DNA of 63,610 nt, the filler included, from Collodictyon triciliatum (lineage: Eukaryota): NCBI GenBank assembly GCA_043381765.1. It is 5 parts of 5 records of this genome, joined end to end, with 100 filler letters (N's around TTAATTAATTAA, not from the genome) between each part and the next. Parts side by side here need not be neighbours in the genome. Positions count along the whole stretch, not along the records: positions 1 to 17,060 come from JBHJMP010001492.1; positions 17,161 to 32,880 come from JBHJMP010001494.1; 3 more parts are not named here. One strand, written 5' to 3'. Each line of letters begins with the position of its first letter. Position 1 is the first letter of the stretch. The translations under genes were made by a program, and so were the position numbers. Positions 10,901 to 20,275 of the stretch are shown here, piece by piece. The notes beneath the pieces are model-generated. The model made no database searches and had not been told where the DNA came from. It worked only from the letters and a program-made list of their open reading frames with translations.

Positions 10901-13628
10901 GAATGGATGACAGCTCTGCGATGGTATGCGCATGGAAACATAGCTTTCCAAAGTTGGCTGAAATGGCATCCTTTTTATATTTAATTTTAAGATGTTTATA
11001 TTCCTCGATGTACTTATCTATATCTTCACGTCCAAAAGGCAATAGGTAAAGGATCGACATTTCAATATCTAATTTATTTGGATTAAAAAGAGTCTGAAAG
11101 TCGGACAATGTCTTTTGTGCTTCTTGCCTGAATGTCAATATAATCTTGTATGATTTGATAGCTTCCCAGCTATTGAATAGCAACCTTCCAATATCATTAT
11201 CTTTCATTTCGTCAACGCCATCCAAAAGCAATATTTGATCGGGATTCTCTTGTGCCTTCTCGTGGCCATGTTGAACTGCATTGTCATCAGCATAAAAGGT
11301 GTCATCTGTATCATTCGCACTTGCCTCTGTAGGTTTAATATCGTATTCGGTAATAATTGCATCTTTTATCAAAGGAAGGTACACTGAGCTTGTGCTTAAA
11401 GTTTTCTTATTGGATAACATGTTTTCTACTCTCCGATTTTGAATGTTTTTCAAAAAGACTGTTTTTCCTATTCCTGCAGGCCCAGCCACAACCAAAATTT
11501 TTGAACTAGAATCCAAAAATGAGTTGAAAATGGATCCAGCAAAAGATGCGTCACCTTGTGGTGATGACTTTCCCATTGCATCTATGTATATTTCTTTCTG
11601 AGCCTGTAAAAATAGTGAATCTGCAACGTCTTCAGAATCAGAATCCAAAAGTATTTGTATATCTGTCGGCGAGTCAAACAATGTGGTAGGCAACGGCTCT
11701 ATAGAATGCAAAAAGAATGGCTTTGAATACAGGCTTTGATTCAGAAAAGTAAATCCTCTATTTAAGGGAGTTCCTTTCTCCCTTTTTTTAATATGTTGTG
11801 GCTGGGATGTGCCTTTTTCTACTCGACGTTTTTGTAAAAAGTGTCTCATCCGACTGGTATTTTCTAAAATAAATTGCGAAACTTCATCCATGAATATATT
11901 TGATTGAGATATGTCAGCCAGAAAAAAAAGGCCATGGTAGATGGCATCATGAACAGCAGGAGAATCATCAGCAGATGTAGGGAATATGTCCTTTATGAAA
12001 ACAAAACACTTGCAAGCTGTATCAAAGTCTGATAGCGTCAAGGCCCAGCTAAGCAAATCGATGGTATTCAAAACATTGTATGCATGACCTTCAAGGCTTA
12101 GGAGTGTTATCAATTTTGAAAATGCCCTATGATATTTTTTTTCTCGAAGTGAGGATGTCGCATCAATAAAGAGTATATAGCGTGTGGCGTCAAACCCAGT
12201 TAAGTCGCTTTTCTTCATGTATTGCAACGATAATCTTATTTGATGTGCAAAGAAATGCAGTGTTTGTGGTATAAATACCAACAGCTGTTCAATTTCTTGA
12301 AAATAAGCCGATATATTCACGCTATCGATACAGCATAAGTTCAGTATTCGGCACATGTAAACGCAGAAGGTCCTCTGTCGATAGAAATCGAGCAAATGTA
12401 CTTGGATAGAGCCCAACTGTCGCAGTAACTTTTTTACCAAGTCTGGCATGTGCGTTTTGAGTTCGTCATCAAAAAACCAGCTATCCCCTAAACATTGAAG
12501 AAAGTCTAGAAAGAGCTCCTGGCGAGAAAAACTCTGTGTCTCGCTACCTGGGGGGTTTTCAGCCTCTTTACTATCAGGATCCAAATCTCTGATAGAATCA
12601 AAATTGACATTCAGTAGCAAATCCAGTAGTGCCTTCTTCCAGTGATCTTTTAAGCATCTGCCAAGAAACTTGAGTTCTTTCAAGTGGAGATAGGTCTTAT
12701 TTTCAAAATCAACCATCTGTATCACTTGATGAACCTTTTCCATATATCTTTTCGTGATAAACTCCGGGCCCCACCGAATTTGATTGCATAACTGCAGCAT
12801 ATTTCCAGGAGGTTGGGTTGGAATCTGAGGCGAGAATTTCGTCTTGCTATTGTGTAAAGGACGAAAAGGATTTGGAGGTAATTGCTGGGAGGATTTTGTT
12901 ACCGCTTGGACTTTGCTCCTGTCACCTTTTTTGCTGTGACTTACAGACCTCCTATCTTCAGTGCCATTGTCATGCTGAACGTGAGAGGGTGGTGAGTTCC
13001 CTGGTTGGTTTGGGCTGGCATCTTCCCTTCTACTTCTCGTAGTTTCAACCCCAGTACCTATGTCTGGCATCACACCAATCATTTGATTGATATTTGGCGA
13101 TGGGAGCTCCTCGTTGAAAGAACCATTCAGATCTTCCTTTTGGAGAGGTGTCTGATACCCTTGATGGAATGATATATCCTTGCATCCTCTCATGATCGGG
13201 TCGTCTCTGTGTGATGATAAGGCATTGAGAGAGTACGATGCACCACCGCCATTGGTTTTGAAGTGGATATGGATGCACTGCGTCGAACTTTTTGAGGCAG
13301 GGTACGTGACAAGAACGTGGTGGGACAAGTCGAAATGTAATGTATAAGAGCCGGGTGACGTGAGATCGGCAGCAAACGGGTAGGCTTGAAGCGGACTCTT
13401 AGGGTACAACGCGTGTTCTCTATCTTGGTTTGTAAATTGTGCAAATATGTCAGTTAGGGCGTGCTCAAAGCCCATGGAGAAGGTTACTGAGGTCTGAGAA
13501 TCCCACAGACCAGTGGATGGATCAAAGAGCACAGGCTGGATGTGTTGCCCATTCTCGGAGGCATACAAGTGCAGGGTCTCTCCCAACCGGATCAATGCAT
13601 GACGCGCTTCCAAGTTTGAGGGGTGCAT
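7956..13628 (-). CDS. NACHT (STAND) NTPase + pentapeptide repeats + WD40 repeats, NLR-like, 1890 aa, uninterrupted ORF
   Basis: Walker A GPAGIGKT (~11461-11483), Walker B LLLDGVDE, KIILTFR, LLPF, IPFML, WHD-like FKQRFIKDFF. Pentapeptide block ASSIAITLL...ADLSCAVMQGVNFTKANLTGVTLRNANIRG...VEFG. WD40 motifs VASGSSDKSIKVWNL, LVSTGMDTMIYVWSL and LTSGEDGAICKW. Confidence 0.92.
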   Translation of the reverse strand: MHPSNLEARHALIRLGETLHLYASENGQHIQPVLFDPSTGLWDSQTSVTFSMGFEHALTDIFAQFTNQDREHALYPKSPLQAYPFAADLTSPGSYTLHFDLSHHVLVTYPASKSSTQCIHIHFKTNGGGASYSLNALSSHRDDPIMRGCKDISFHQGYQTPLQKEDLNGSFNEELPSPNINQMIGVMPDIGTGVETTRSRREDASPNQPGNSPPSHVQHDNGTEDRRSVSHSKKGDRSKVQAVTKSSQQLPPNPFRPLHNSKTKFSPQIPTQPPGNMLQLCNQIRWGPEFITKRYMEKVHQVIQMVDFENKTYLHLKELKFLGRCLKDHWKKALLDLLLNVNFDSIRDLDPDSKEAENPPGSETQSFSRQELFLDFLQCLGDSWFFDDELKTHMPDLVKKLLRQLGSIQVHLLDFYRQRTFCVYMCRILNLCCIDSVNISAYFQEIEQLLVFIPQTLHFFAHQIRLSLQYMKKSDLTGFDATRYILFIDATSSLREKKYHRAFSKLITLLSLEGHAYNVLNTIDLLSWALTLSDFDTACKCFVFIKDIFPTSADDSPAVHDAIYHGLFFLADISQSNIFMDEVSQFILENTSRMRHFLQKRRVEKGTSQPQHIKKREKGTPLNRGFTFLNQSLYSKPFFLHSIEPLPTTLFDSPTDIQILLDSDSEDVADSLFLQAQKEIYIDAMGKSSPQGDASFAGSIFNSFLDSSSKILVVAGPAGIGKTVFLKNIQNRRVENMLSNKKTLSTSSVYLPLIKDAIITEYDIKPTEASANDTDDTFYADDNAVQHGHEKAQENPDQILLLDGVDEMKDNDIGRLLFNSWEAIKSYKIILTFRQEAQKTLSDFQTLFNPNKLDIEMSILYLLPFGREDIDKYIEEYKHLKIKYKKDAISANFGKLCFHAHTIAELSSIPFMLNLILTGYSDSPDVHPVHQYSINRFQIFENFIRNWFSSIKDTAASTEYIDESISIAVAQKIFTSKSSSIDRSSFLEIIKEKRGQKSVSTSAKISFLRKVRDESGEKFQFKQRFIKDFFIAKKAIEELLSTDLWKDRKSVIYSLRATHTLILGLISEYVSDHPDIVKNLFDIINHSKDSDSEEIWQASSIAITLLCYSRIPMHKVDFAGVNIRHADLSCAVMQGVNFTKANLTGVTLRNANIRGCTFTNAIMEGVEFGMLPKLKHENPVNTVCWIPGKGSDKSYVCSSETTKLHFWDISVDMMNVPVVRARSGISSLAHARVNGVDYILSGDKEGTFSICNVTTQEDITSLPLDAIEKTQITTICVLKSDLSQTQKGNTDLVVAIGSISGYYTILWFEMLSDASAVLKQRTPSYDMKSSVEAIGCFQAEGKTRIVVAGALSHASVITVKLESPIICEEYTTLQTDNVRVNSLSITFINEIPHIALVLRDKIHIFNGLDGKIIAQLEGNHKKSINDVKWINNPNSHDNFLVSTGMDTMIYVWSLAKKDVIDQILGPAGVVTKIDIMEYNNNMYLLGACKDNNIWIWELHTSQQTKQMIRHKKAVNALSLSMPPSISAGSGGSATESQGSIFQADLVASGSSDKSIKVWNLSTGSCLVSKDTVDMVPNIHLHVGENSTKIFYSQDDNYRWFNPFEGDKEELSTGKLGKKVGSFDVKRLGDSDVIFCIVEASFRFYDTRSKASSCLKTGVHAFVMKEFDCEFNSVAILLEAESALLVHITYNQTDKSFSCGVKSKVEASTPFEDGAAIVFLKSIGSKQRFAVVDESGSLAYGEFSDSEGHDASLTYMEPLEDPLYCLDTFDFCGEEYVAFGCRDGFVRIVRICPDSVEPESEAVLFEKKLHNQVRSIKYIPKPPSLLTSGEDGAICKWLIDIISETQERVIKLHLMWTSHESLRGEEIIYDNLVGCNNLNRLLMNQLAGKEE

Positions 13629-14251
13629 CCTGTCTGTAGGTCCTTTTTTCCCCTTTTAATGGAAAATATTAGGAACCCGGCTTTCTTTTGAGCCTTCCTT
13701 TTTTTTTTCTTTTTTTTTTTCCACTTTCTTTTTTTATTCCTTTTCCCTTGTTTTAGTGCCCACAGATCACATTGAGAGCAAGGACAGTACAGGTTGGGGT
13801 TGAACTCATATACATTAAAACACTAGGAGTGGCGCATAGCCAGTGATGAGGAGAAAGACTGATCAAACAGAGCCGAATAGAGACATCAAGTTGGCAGAAC
13901 AGCGCTCGTCTGTCCTGTGCGCTGCTCGTGTGCAGCGGATGCGATTAATCTGTTGCACTCGGAGATCGGCTTGGGGTTTTGTGTTTGGCAGAATGGCAAT
14001 TTTGTTCTGGTGTATTTTCAATGAATATATAGATTTATGGAATTTATATTGATTCTCAATTATTTATACATTTGGACAATATCAATCATTATGATACTCA
14101 ATTTCATCCAATATGCATATATTTGTATGTTTTTATGAGATAATGTGGACTTTTGTTCTAAGATAACCCATTGCGGGTGTCGCGATACCGGTGGGTTATT
14201 AATTTCACCAGTGTTGTCTTGGTACTTTGTCCTCCAATGTTTCAAGTAGCC

Positions 14252-14482
<231 letters not shown>

Positions 14483-15238
14483 TATAATGTGTTTGTTGCT
14501 GTTTNNNNNNNNNNNNNNNNNNNNNNNNNNNNNNNNNNNNNNNNNNNNNNNNNNNNNNNNNNNNNNNNNNNNNNNNNNNNNNNNNNNNNNNNNNNNNNNN
14601 NNNNNNNNNNNNNNNNNNNNNNNNNNNNNNNNNNNNNNNNNNNNNNNNNNNNNNNNNNNNNNNNNNNNNNNNNNNNNNNNNNNNNNNNNNNNNNNNNNNN
14701 NNNNNNNNNNNNNNNNNNNNNNNNNNNNNNNNNNNNNNNNNNNNNNNNNNNNNNNNNNNNNNNNNNNNNNNNNNNNNNNNNNNNNNNNNNNNNNNNNNNN
14801 NNNNNNNNNNNNNNNNNNNNNNNNNNNNNNNNNNNNNNNNNNNNNNNNNNNNNNNNNNNNNNNNNNNNNNNNNNNNNNNNNNNNNNNNNNNNNNNNNNNN
14901 NNNNNNNNNNNNNNNNNNNNNNNNNNNNNNNNNNNNNNNNNNNNNNNNNNNNNNNNNNNNNNNNNNNNNNNNNNNNNNNNATATATTTATATCTCGCTGG
15001 GTAGAGGGGGAGATAGACCTTCTTCTGTGCGCCAATTTCGATTACCGGTGCAATGCAGAGGCTTGGCCGTGGAGGCACGCATTTTGTCCGTTGGGGTGCC
15101 GCTTTCCAGACAACTCGGCCGCGAGGCAACAAGACAAATAACCTCAACAAGAAAATAAACAAAAACAAAAAACAAAAAACAAAAAACATCTTGCGACAAG
15201 AAAGCAGAAAACAAAGGCGAAGGCCAGGGCCAGGGACG

Positions 15239-16361
15239 ATGAGCACCACACAGACACATTCACACTCACACACACGGGCGCGACTGGACCAGCGGCACCG
15301 GTCGTTCGTGCAGACGATCGAGGCGGCGACGCGAGCAGAGGCAGAGGCAGAGGCAGAGGCAGAGGCAGAGGCGGGCGGGGCTGCGGGGTGGGGCGAGGGA
15401 GACGCGGAGGCGGGCGGAGGGGCGGAGCTGCGGCAGATGGAGCTTGTGCTGCAGCAGGCGGCGGAGTGGGCGCGGGTGGAGGGGCCGCCGGCGTCGAGCC
15501 TGGCCGAGTGCGTGCAGACGCTGCGGGTGCTGCGGGGCCGCGTGGAGCAGCGCATGGCGAGCGCCGTTGCAGCTGCGCGTGCGTTGCGGCTTCAGGTGCG
15601 TGCCCTGCTCACGGCCAACGCGCAGCTGCTCGCCCAGACGCAGCGGGACAGCCACAGCCACAGCCACGCAGCCAGCCACAGCCACAGCCACAGCCACAGG
15701 CACAGCCACAGCGATGCCGACCGCCAGACCGCGCAGCTGCACCGCTCGCTGCTCCTCGCCCACGCAGCCCTTGCCGACAGGGACCGCAGCCTGCTCCACG
15801 CGCGCGAGTCGGCCGCCTCCCTCCGCGCAGACCTCCGCGCCACCGCCGCACACGCCGACGCCCTCGCGCGGGAGCTGGACTTGTGGTATGTCCAGACACG
15901 GCCCTCGCTCGCTCACTCGCTCGCTCACTCCCGCGCTCACCCCCACCCCCACCCCCACCCGTAGCCGAGAGGACGTTGCCCGGCTGCAGCAGCAGCATCC
16001 GCAGCATCCGCATCAGGGCGACGAGGACGTGCGTCTGCAGCACCGGCGGCTGTGTGCGTATGCCGAGCACCTCGAGCTGGACGTGCAGCACCTGCGGGCC
16101 CAGGCGGCGGCGCACAGCGCACAGGACGCGCGCGTGCAGGCGGAGTTGGACCAGGCGCGCAGGGAGGCGCAGCGCTTCCGCGACGAGGCGGCCGAGGCAC
16201 GCAGAGAGGCCGACGACCTGCGCGAGGAGCTGCTGCACGAGCGCACAGACCGCAAGTCCTGGGCTGCCATGAGGGAGGACCTCCTTGCCCGGCAGGCCCG
16301 CATTCAGAGCGAGCTCCAGTCCGCCCTCCTCCTCCCGCCGCATCCCCACCCCCGCGCCTGA
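15239..16361 (+). CDS. GC-rich coiled-coil protein of unknown function, 2 exons, ~347 aa
   Basis: ATG at 15239. Intron 15886-15964 (GTATGT...CCGTAG) joins the two ORF frames in phase. The product is A/E/R/Q/L heptad-rich with (AE)n and (SH)n runs. Confidence 0.65.
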
Positions 16362-16639
16362 CTCCGTCCCTGCGCTGCCGTCCTGTTCATAAACAATGCC
16401 CCTTCGCCTGTCAAACGCCGCCTCTCTCTCTCTCTTTCTCTCTCTCTCTCGGAATGTGTCGCTTTTGGGGCGTACTGTTATCCTTAGTCTGCCAGAATAC
16501 GCCGGAGTCATTTGAACACAAGGCGCAAGAGAGCAAGTAAATATGAAGGGGAAAGATGGGAAGGGAAGGGGAGACTAAGGCAGTGCAGAGACACGCTGTC
16601 CACAGACTGACGCCGGCTGATCCTGTGCGCAGAAGCAGG

Positions 16640-16873
16640 ATGCGAACCGCTGTTGCTGTGCTGCTCGCTGTTGCCGTTGCCGTTGCCGTTGCCATCGCAG
16701 TTGTCGCCGTCCCCATCGAGTCCCTCGCCGGTGCGGACTCGTCTCTGCGTCTGCGCCACGTCTGCTCAAACTCTGCCCCGCTGCCTTTTGTGTCCATGAC
16801 TGTTGCGTACGGCTCATCCAGCGATGTCCAGTGCCCCAGTGGCTTCATCAAGATCCCCCAGGACCTCAATCAG
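16640..16873 (+). CDS. First exon of a secreted protein with an MABP/beta-prism-like motif, truncated by the contig end
   Basis: Signal peptide MRTAVAVLLAVAVAVAVAIAVVA, then CPSGFIKIPQDLNQ (resembles the MABP CPxGYxKIxxDLN motif). Donor GT at 16874 is followed by a (TTTTTACTC)n intronic repeat. Confidence 0.6.
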
Positions 16874-17060
16874 GTTTCGGCGTACTCTTTTTTACTCTTT
16901 TTTTTACTCTTTTTTTTACTCTTTTTTTTACTCTTTTTTTTACTCTTTTTTACTCTTTTTTACTCTTTTTTACTCTTTTTTACTCTTTTTTTACTCTTTT
17001 TTTACTCTTTTTTACTCTTTTTTACTCTTTTTTACTCTTTTTTACTCTTTTTTACTCTTT

Positions 17061-17160
17061 NNNNNNNNNNNNNNNNNNNNNNNNNNNNNNNNNNNNNNNN
17101 NNNNTTAATTAATTAANNNNNNNNNNNNNNNNNNNNNNNNNNNNNNNNNNNNNNNNNNNN
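17061..17160. other. Artificial contig-joining linker (N44-TTAATTAATTAA-N44)
   Basis: Six-frame stop 12-mer at 17105-17116 flanked by Ns; the same construct recurs three more times. Confidence 0.97.
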
Positions 17161-17392
17161 GTTTTTCTTTGTTAGTTTATATTTATTTTTTGTTTTTGAT
17201 ACAAGTCCCCCGCCCCCCCCCCCCCCCCCCCCTTAAAAGAAAACGTGGTGATGAAAACGGGTTGAAAAATAGCTTCAAAAGCTCATGTAAACTTTGTTCA
17301 ACAGCGCCTGATATGGAATAACATCTGCTGCATGTGACTATACCAATGAATATTGAGCTTATTTTTTTGTTAAAAAAAACCGTATGCTACGC

Positions 17393-18750
17393 CTAGGAGA
17401 AGCTTGGTCGTTCTCTTGTCTTTGGATATGACATGTGTAGTGTCGCGGGTCACATTATCTGTTATCTTATGTGTTCGAAATCATTGGGTCAGAAAATAGA
17501 CCAATTCTCTTGTTTAACCATCCGAAAAACCATCACTTATGGGAGTGGCTCTGAACGCAAAAATATATGATGATAGATGAATTTTTCAGAAAATAAAGTA
17601 CCTTGCCGCCCAAAGACTTGACTATGTCAGCTATCGCACTCCTCTCGACATTGTCAAATCCAGAAAGGGCCACTCTGACCGTCATCTTTGTAAATAAATA
17701 TGGTTAACATCATGAGATTATACAAAAGGAAAGTTGATTGATATCAGCCAGGTAAAAACAAAAAGGGACACTATTTGGAGACTTACGTGGCTGTCACCAT
17801 CAGCTGATTTTCTAATTTTCTTCTTTGGGATATAAAGAAAATCAGGAGACTCTCCATCCGAGGAGCCGGCGGCTTCCTGGTCACCAGGGTACCCCTCCTC
17901 GTCTGTCTCATTGCCTCCGTCCTCGATTGGTTGCTCGGATTCGTCTGAACTTTTCCTCTTGGAAGCTGCCTTCTTTCCAGGCTTCGCCTTGGAATTCTTT
18001 TTCCATGTATCCTTGGTCGCTTTCTTTGCTTCCTTAGTGTCTGGGTTTTCTTTTTTCTTCTGCAGGGAAAGAGGTGATTTCGACTTTGTTGCTTTTCCTT
18101 TGCTTTCTTCGTTAGTTTTGGCCTCGGTAGATTTGTCAGAGTCCTTGGCAACACCCTTTTCTTCAGATTCCTCGTCGTTGTCCTTGTTTTCCTTTGAATC
18201 AGACTCTGCTGTTGAGGCATCTGACTTCTGCTTTCCAGGGGCAATCTTTTTGCGTGATAAGGAGGGGAGAGCTGATGCAGTCCCTTTTTTCTCTGCAAGA
18301 GCATTTTTGGGTGCTGTCTTGAGAGAAGGAAGTGCTGCCTTGGTTTCTGACTGGCTGTTGCTTTCTGAAGTTTTTGATGGTGGTTTGAAGCCCCTCCCTG
18401 CTTTTGCAGTCTTTGTCTTTTCTGCTGCTTTTGTCAGCTCTGTGGCCTCCGAAACTGCCGTTTTAGCCGGCTGATCCTCGTTGTCGGAGTTGAATAGCAT
18501 CTCCGGTGAACTAGGAGCAGGAGGGTGCTGAAAATAGAGGAGTGGCTTTAGTTATCAAACGAGACCCACACAAGTAACCAGTTTAGTATTTCCAGAGCTG
18601 GTGTCAAACGCATGATATTACAAGGTTTGTTACAAGACGTGTAGAGGCAACTGGAGAGGGCTGCCCTGAATATTTTCAACGCATACTCACCTCCTCTTTT
18701 TTCTTGTCTGATGCGGCCTTGCCTTTGCCTTTGCTTGCCTTCGTTGCCAT
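17393..18750 (-). CDS. BRCT-domain protein with long K/E/S-rich disordered N-terminus, 3' truncated
   Basis: Exons 18691-18750 (MATKASKGKG...), 17787-18527, ~17602-17685 (VRVALSGFDNVERSAIADIVKSLGGK) and ~17393-17465 (VTRDTTHVISKDKRTTKLLLG); the last two carry classic BRCT motifs. Confidence 0.75.
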
Positions 18751-20275
18751 GCCTGTGAGTGTGTGTCTGTCTGTATTGAGGATTCTGCCTATAGAGCCGC
18801 GGCCCAGCCAGATTTAAGTTATGTTCATCTCTGAGTTTCTGGGATAACCGCCCGCCTTTGCGTTCTTTTGTTGGTGCTGCTATCTGTGAATTAATGGCTG
18901 CGGTTTGTGTGGCTGCAGTAATGCTTGTGAATGCAGAGCAGCGTATGTTGGGCACGGGCTTGGAGACTTTTCCATCGCGCTGCGCATTCATATGTACGAT
19001 CGCATCCAGGGGGAGAAGGTTGTCCGATTTTTCGCCGAGGACATACCCGACCGAAAATGGAACAGATTCATCTTTTACATTTATGGAAAAATGTATTAAT
19101 TTTTATAAAAATTGTAAACCTGGTATTAATCCAACTAGAATATAGAATGAGTACGTTTCAATATCAAATATATGATTATGGATAAATTACAAACTGGCTG
19201 CACCAAGAATCAGATTATACGTGGTATGTCTGTAGTAAAAACCAGGCGATGTGGCGCACTCACGCTATTGCAATTACAATATATAAATGATATATGTTAT
19301 TATTTCCATACTATATAAACTAGATCTTTTAAAATAGTGATATGATAAGCATATTACTTTAATATCCATAATTGTAGAACTGATCATTTTCACAAAAATG
19401 CTCTGTCCCCATCATTCATTGAATATAGACAAAAATAGAATTTTATCAATCCAGAGGGACCATAGAGTTTCATGGAAACCATACCAAAGTGGACAGACTG
19501 GGAAGACACATTGAATTCATTTTCCAAAACAAAACAGGCCTAAGGAAAAAAAACAGGCTTCTTTGGTCACGGCAGCAAAGTGGTTGGGCGGCTGTCTGCA
19601 TTGCGCTTTCATCTTTTGTGACCAAGGCAAGCAATTCAAACGTTTGAATCGCACTATCGCACGTCCACCGTGCGCTATGGCCGGACAATCGGCACATATC
19701 TGAATCACCAGGCCAATCAACGACAGGCTTAGCCACTGGTTGCCGACCGCGACTTTTCTCAACAACGACCAACTGCATTGCCCGGCAAAGCCAGCGTCAT
19801 AGCCGTCATAGCCGTGGCCTTGATCTCCAGTCCCACTTTACAGAACTCTAGAGCTATATACCTTACTCAATACAGGGATGTGTGCCAAAAGAGACCCAGG
19901 AAAGGGCGTTGCAGCGCGGTGGCCGAAACCCGGCCTGCTTCAGCTCTTTACTCTTTTGAAAAAGTTTCTGTCTTGTTTCCATTCATTGTCTGCAGTCCCC
20001 TTCTTTCAGCCAGTTCTTTGCCTATTGGTGGCTGTCTTCCTTATGTAGCGCTTGTCGAGGCGAAGAGTCCCTCTTTTCTTTTCTCCTTTTCTCCGTCTGT
20101 CTATTCACTCTTTTGTCTTCAGTTGTGTTTCTTCTTCTTCTTCTTCTTCTTCTTCTTCTTCTTCTTCTTCTTCGTCCAGTGTCAACTTGCTCTCTAAAGA
20201 GTCCGTGTGAGGCCAGGGTGGTCGTTCTTGTGTTCCCTCCCTCTAACCAAGAATAACTCTGCTCCGTGACGCTAG

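Noticed and set aside
15266-16540. Multiple overlapping ORFs on both strands
   Set aside because: These are shadow ORFs expected from very high GC content.
17105-17116. Recurrent palindromic TTAATTAATTAA (four copies)
   Set aside because: Each copy sits between fixed-length N runs, so it is an assembly linker. Gene neighbourhoods across linkers, such as Fanzor with the NLR or a ciliary gene cluster, are meaningless.
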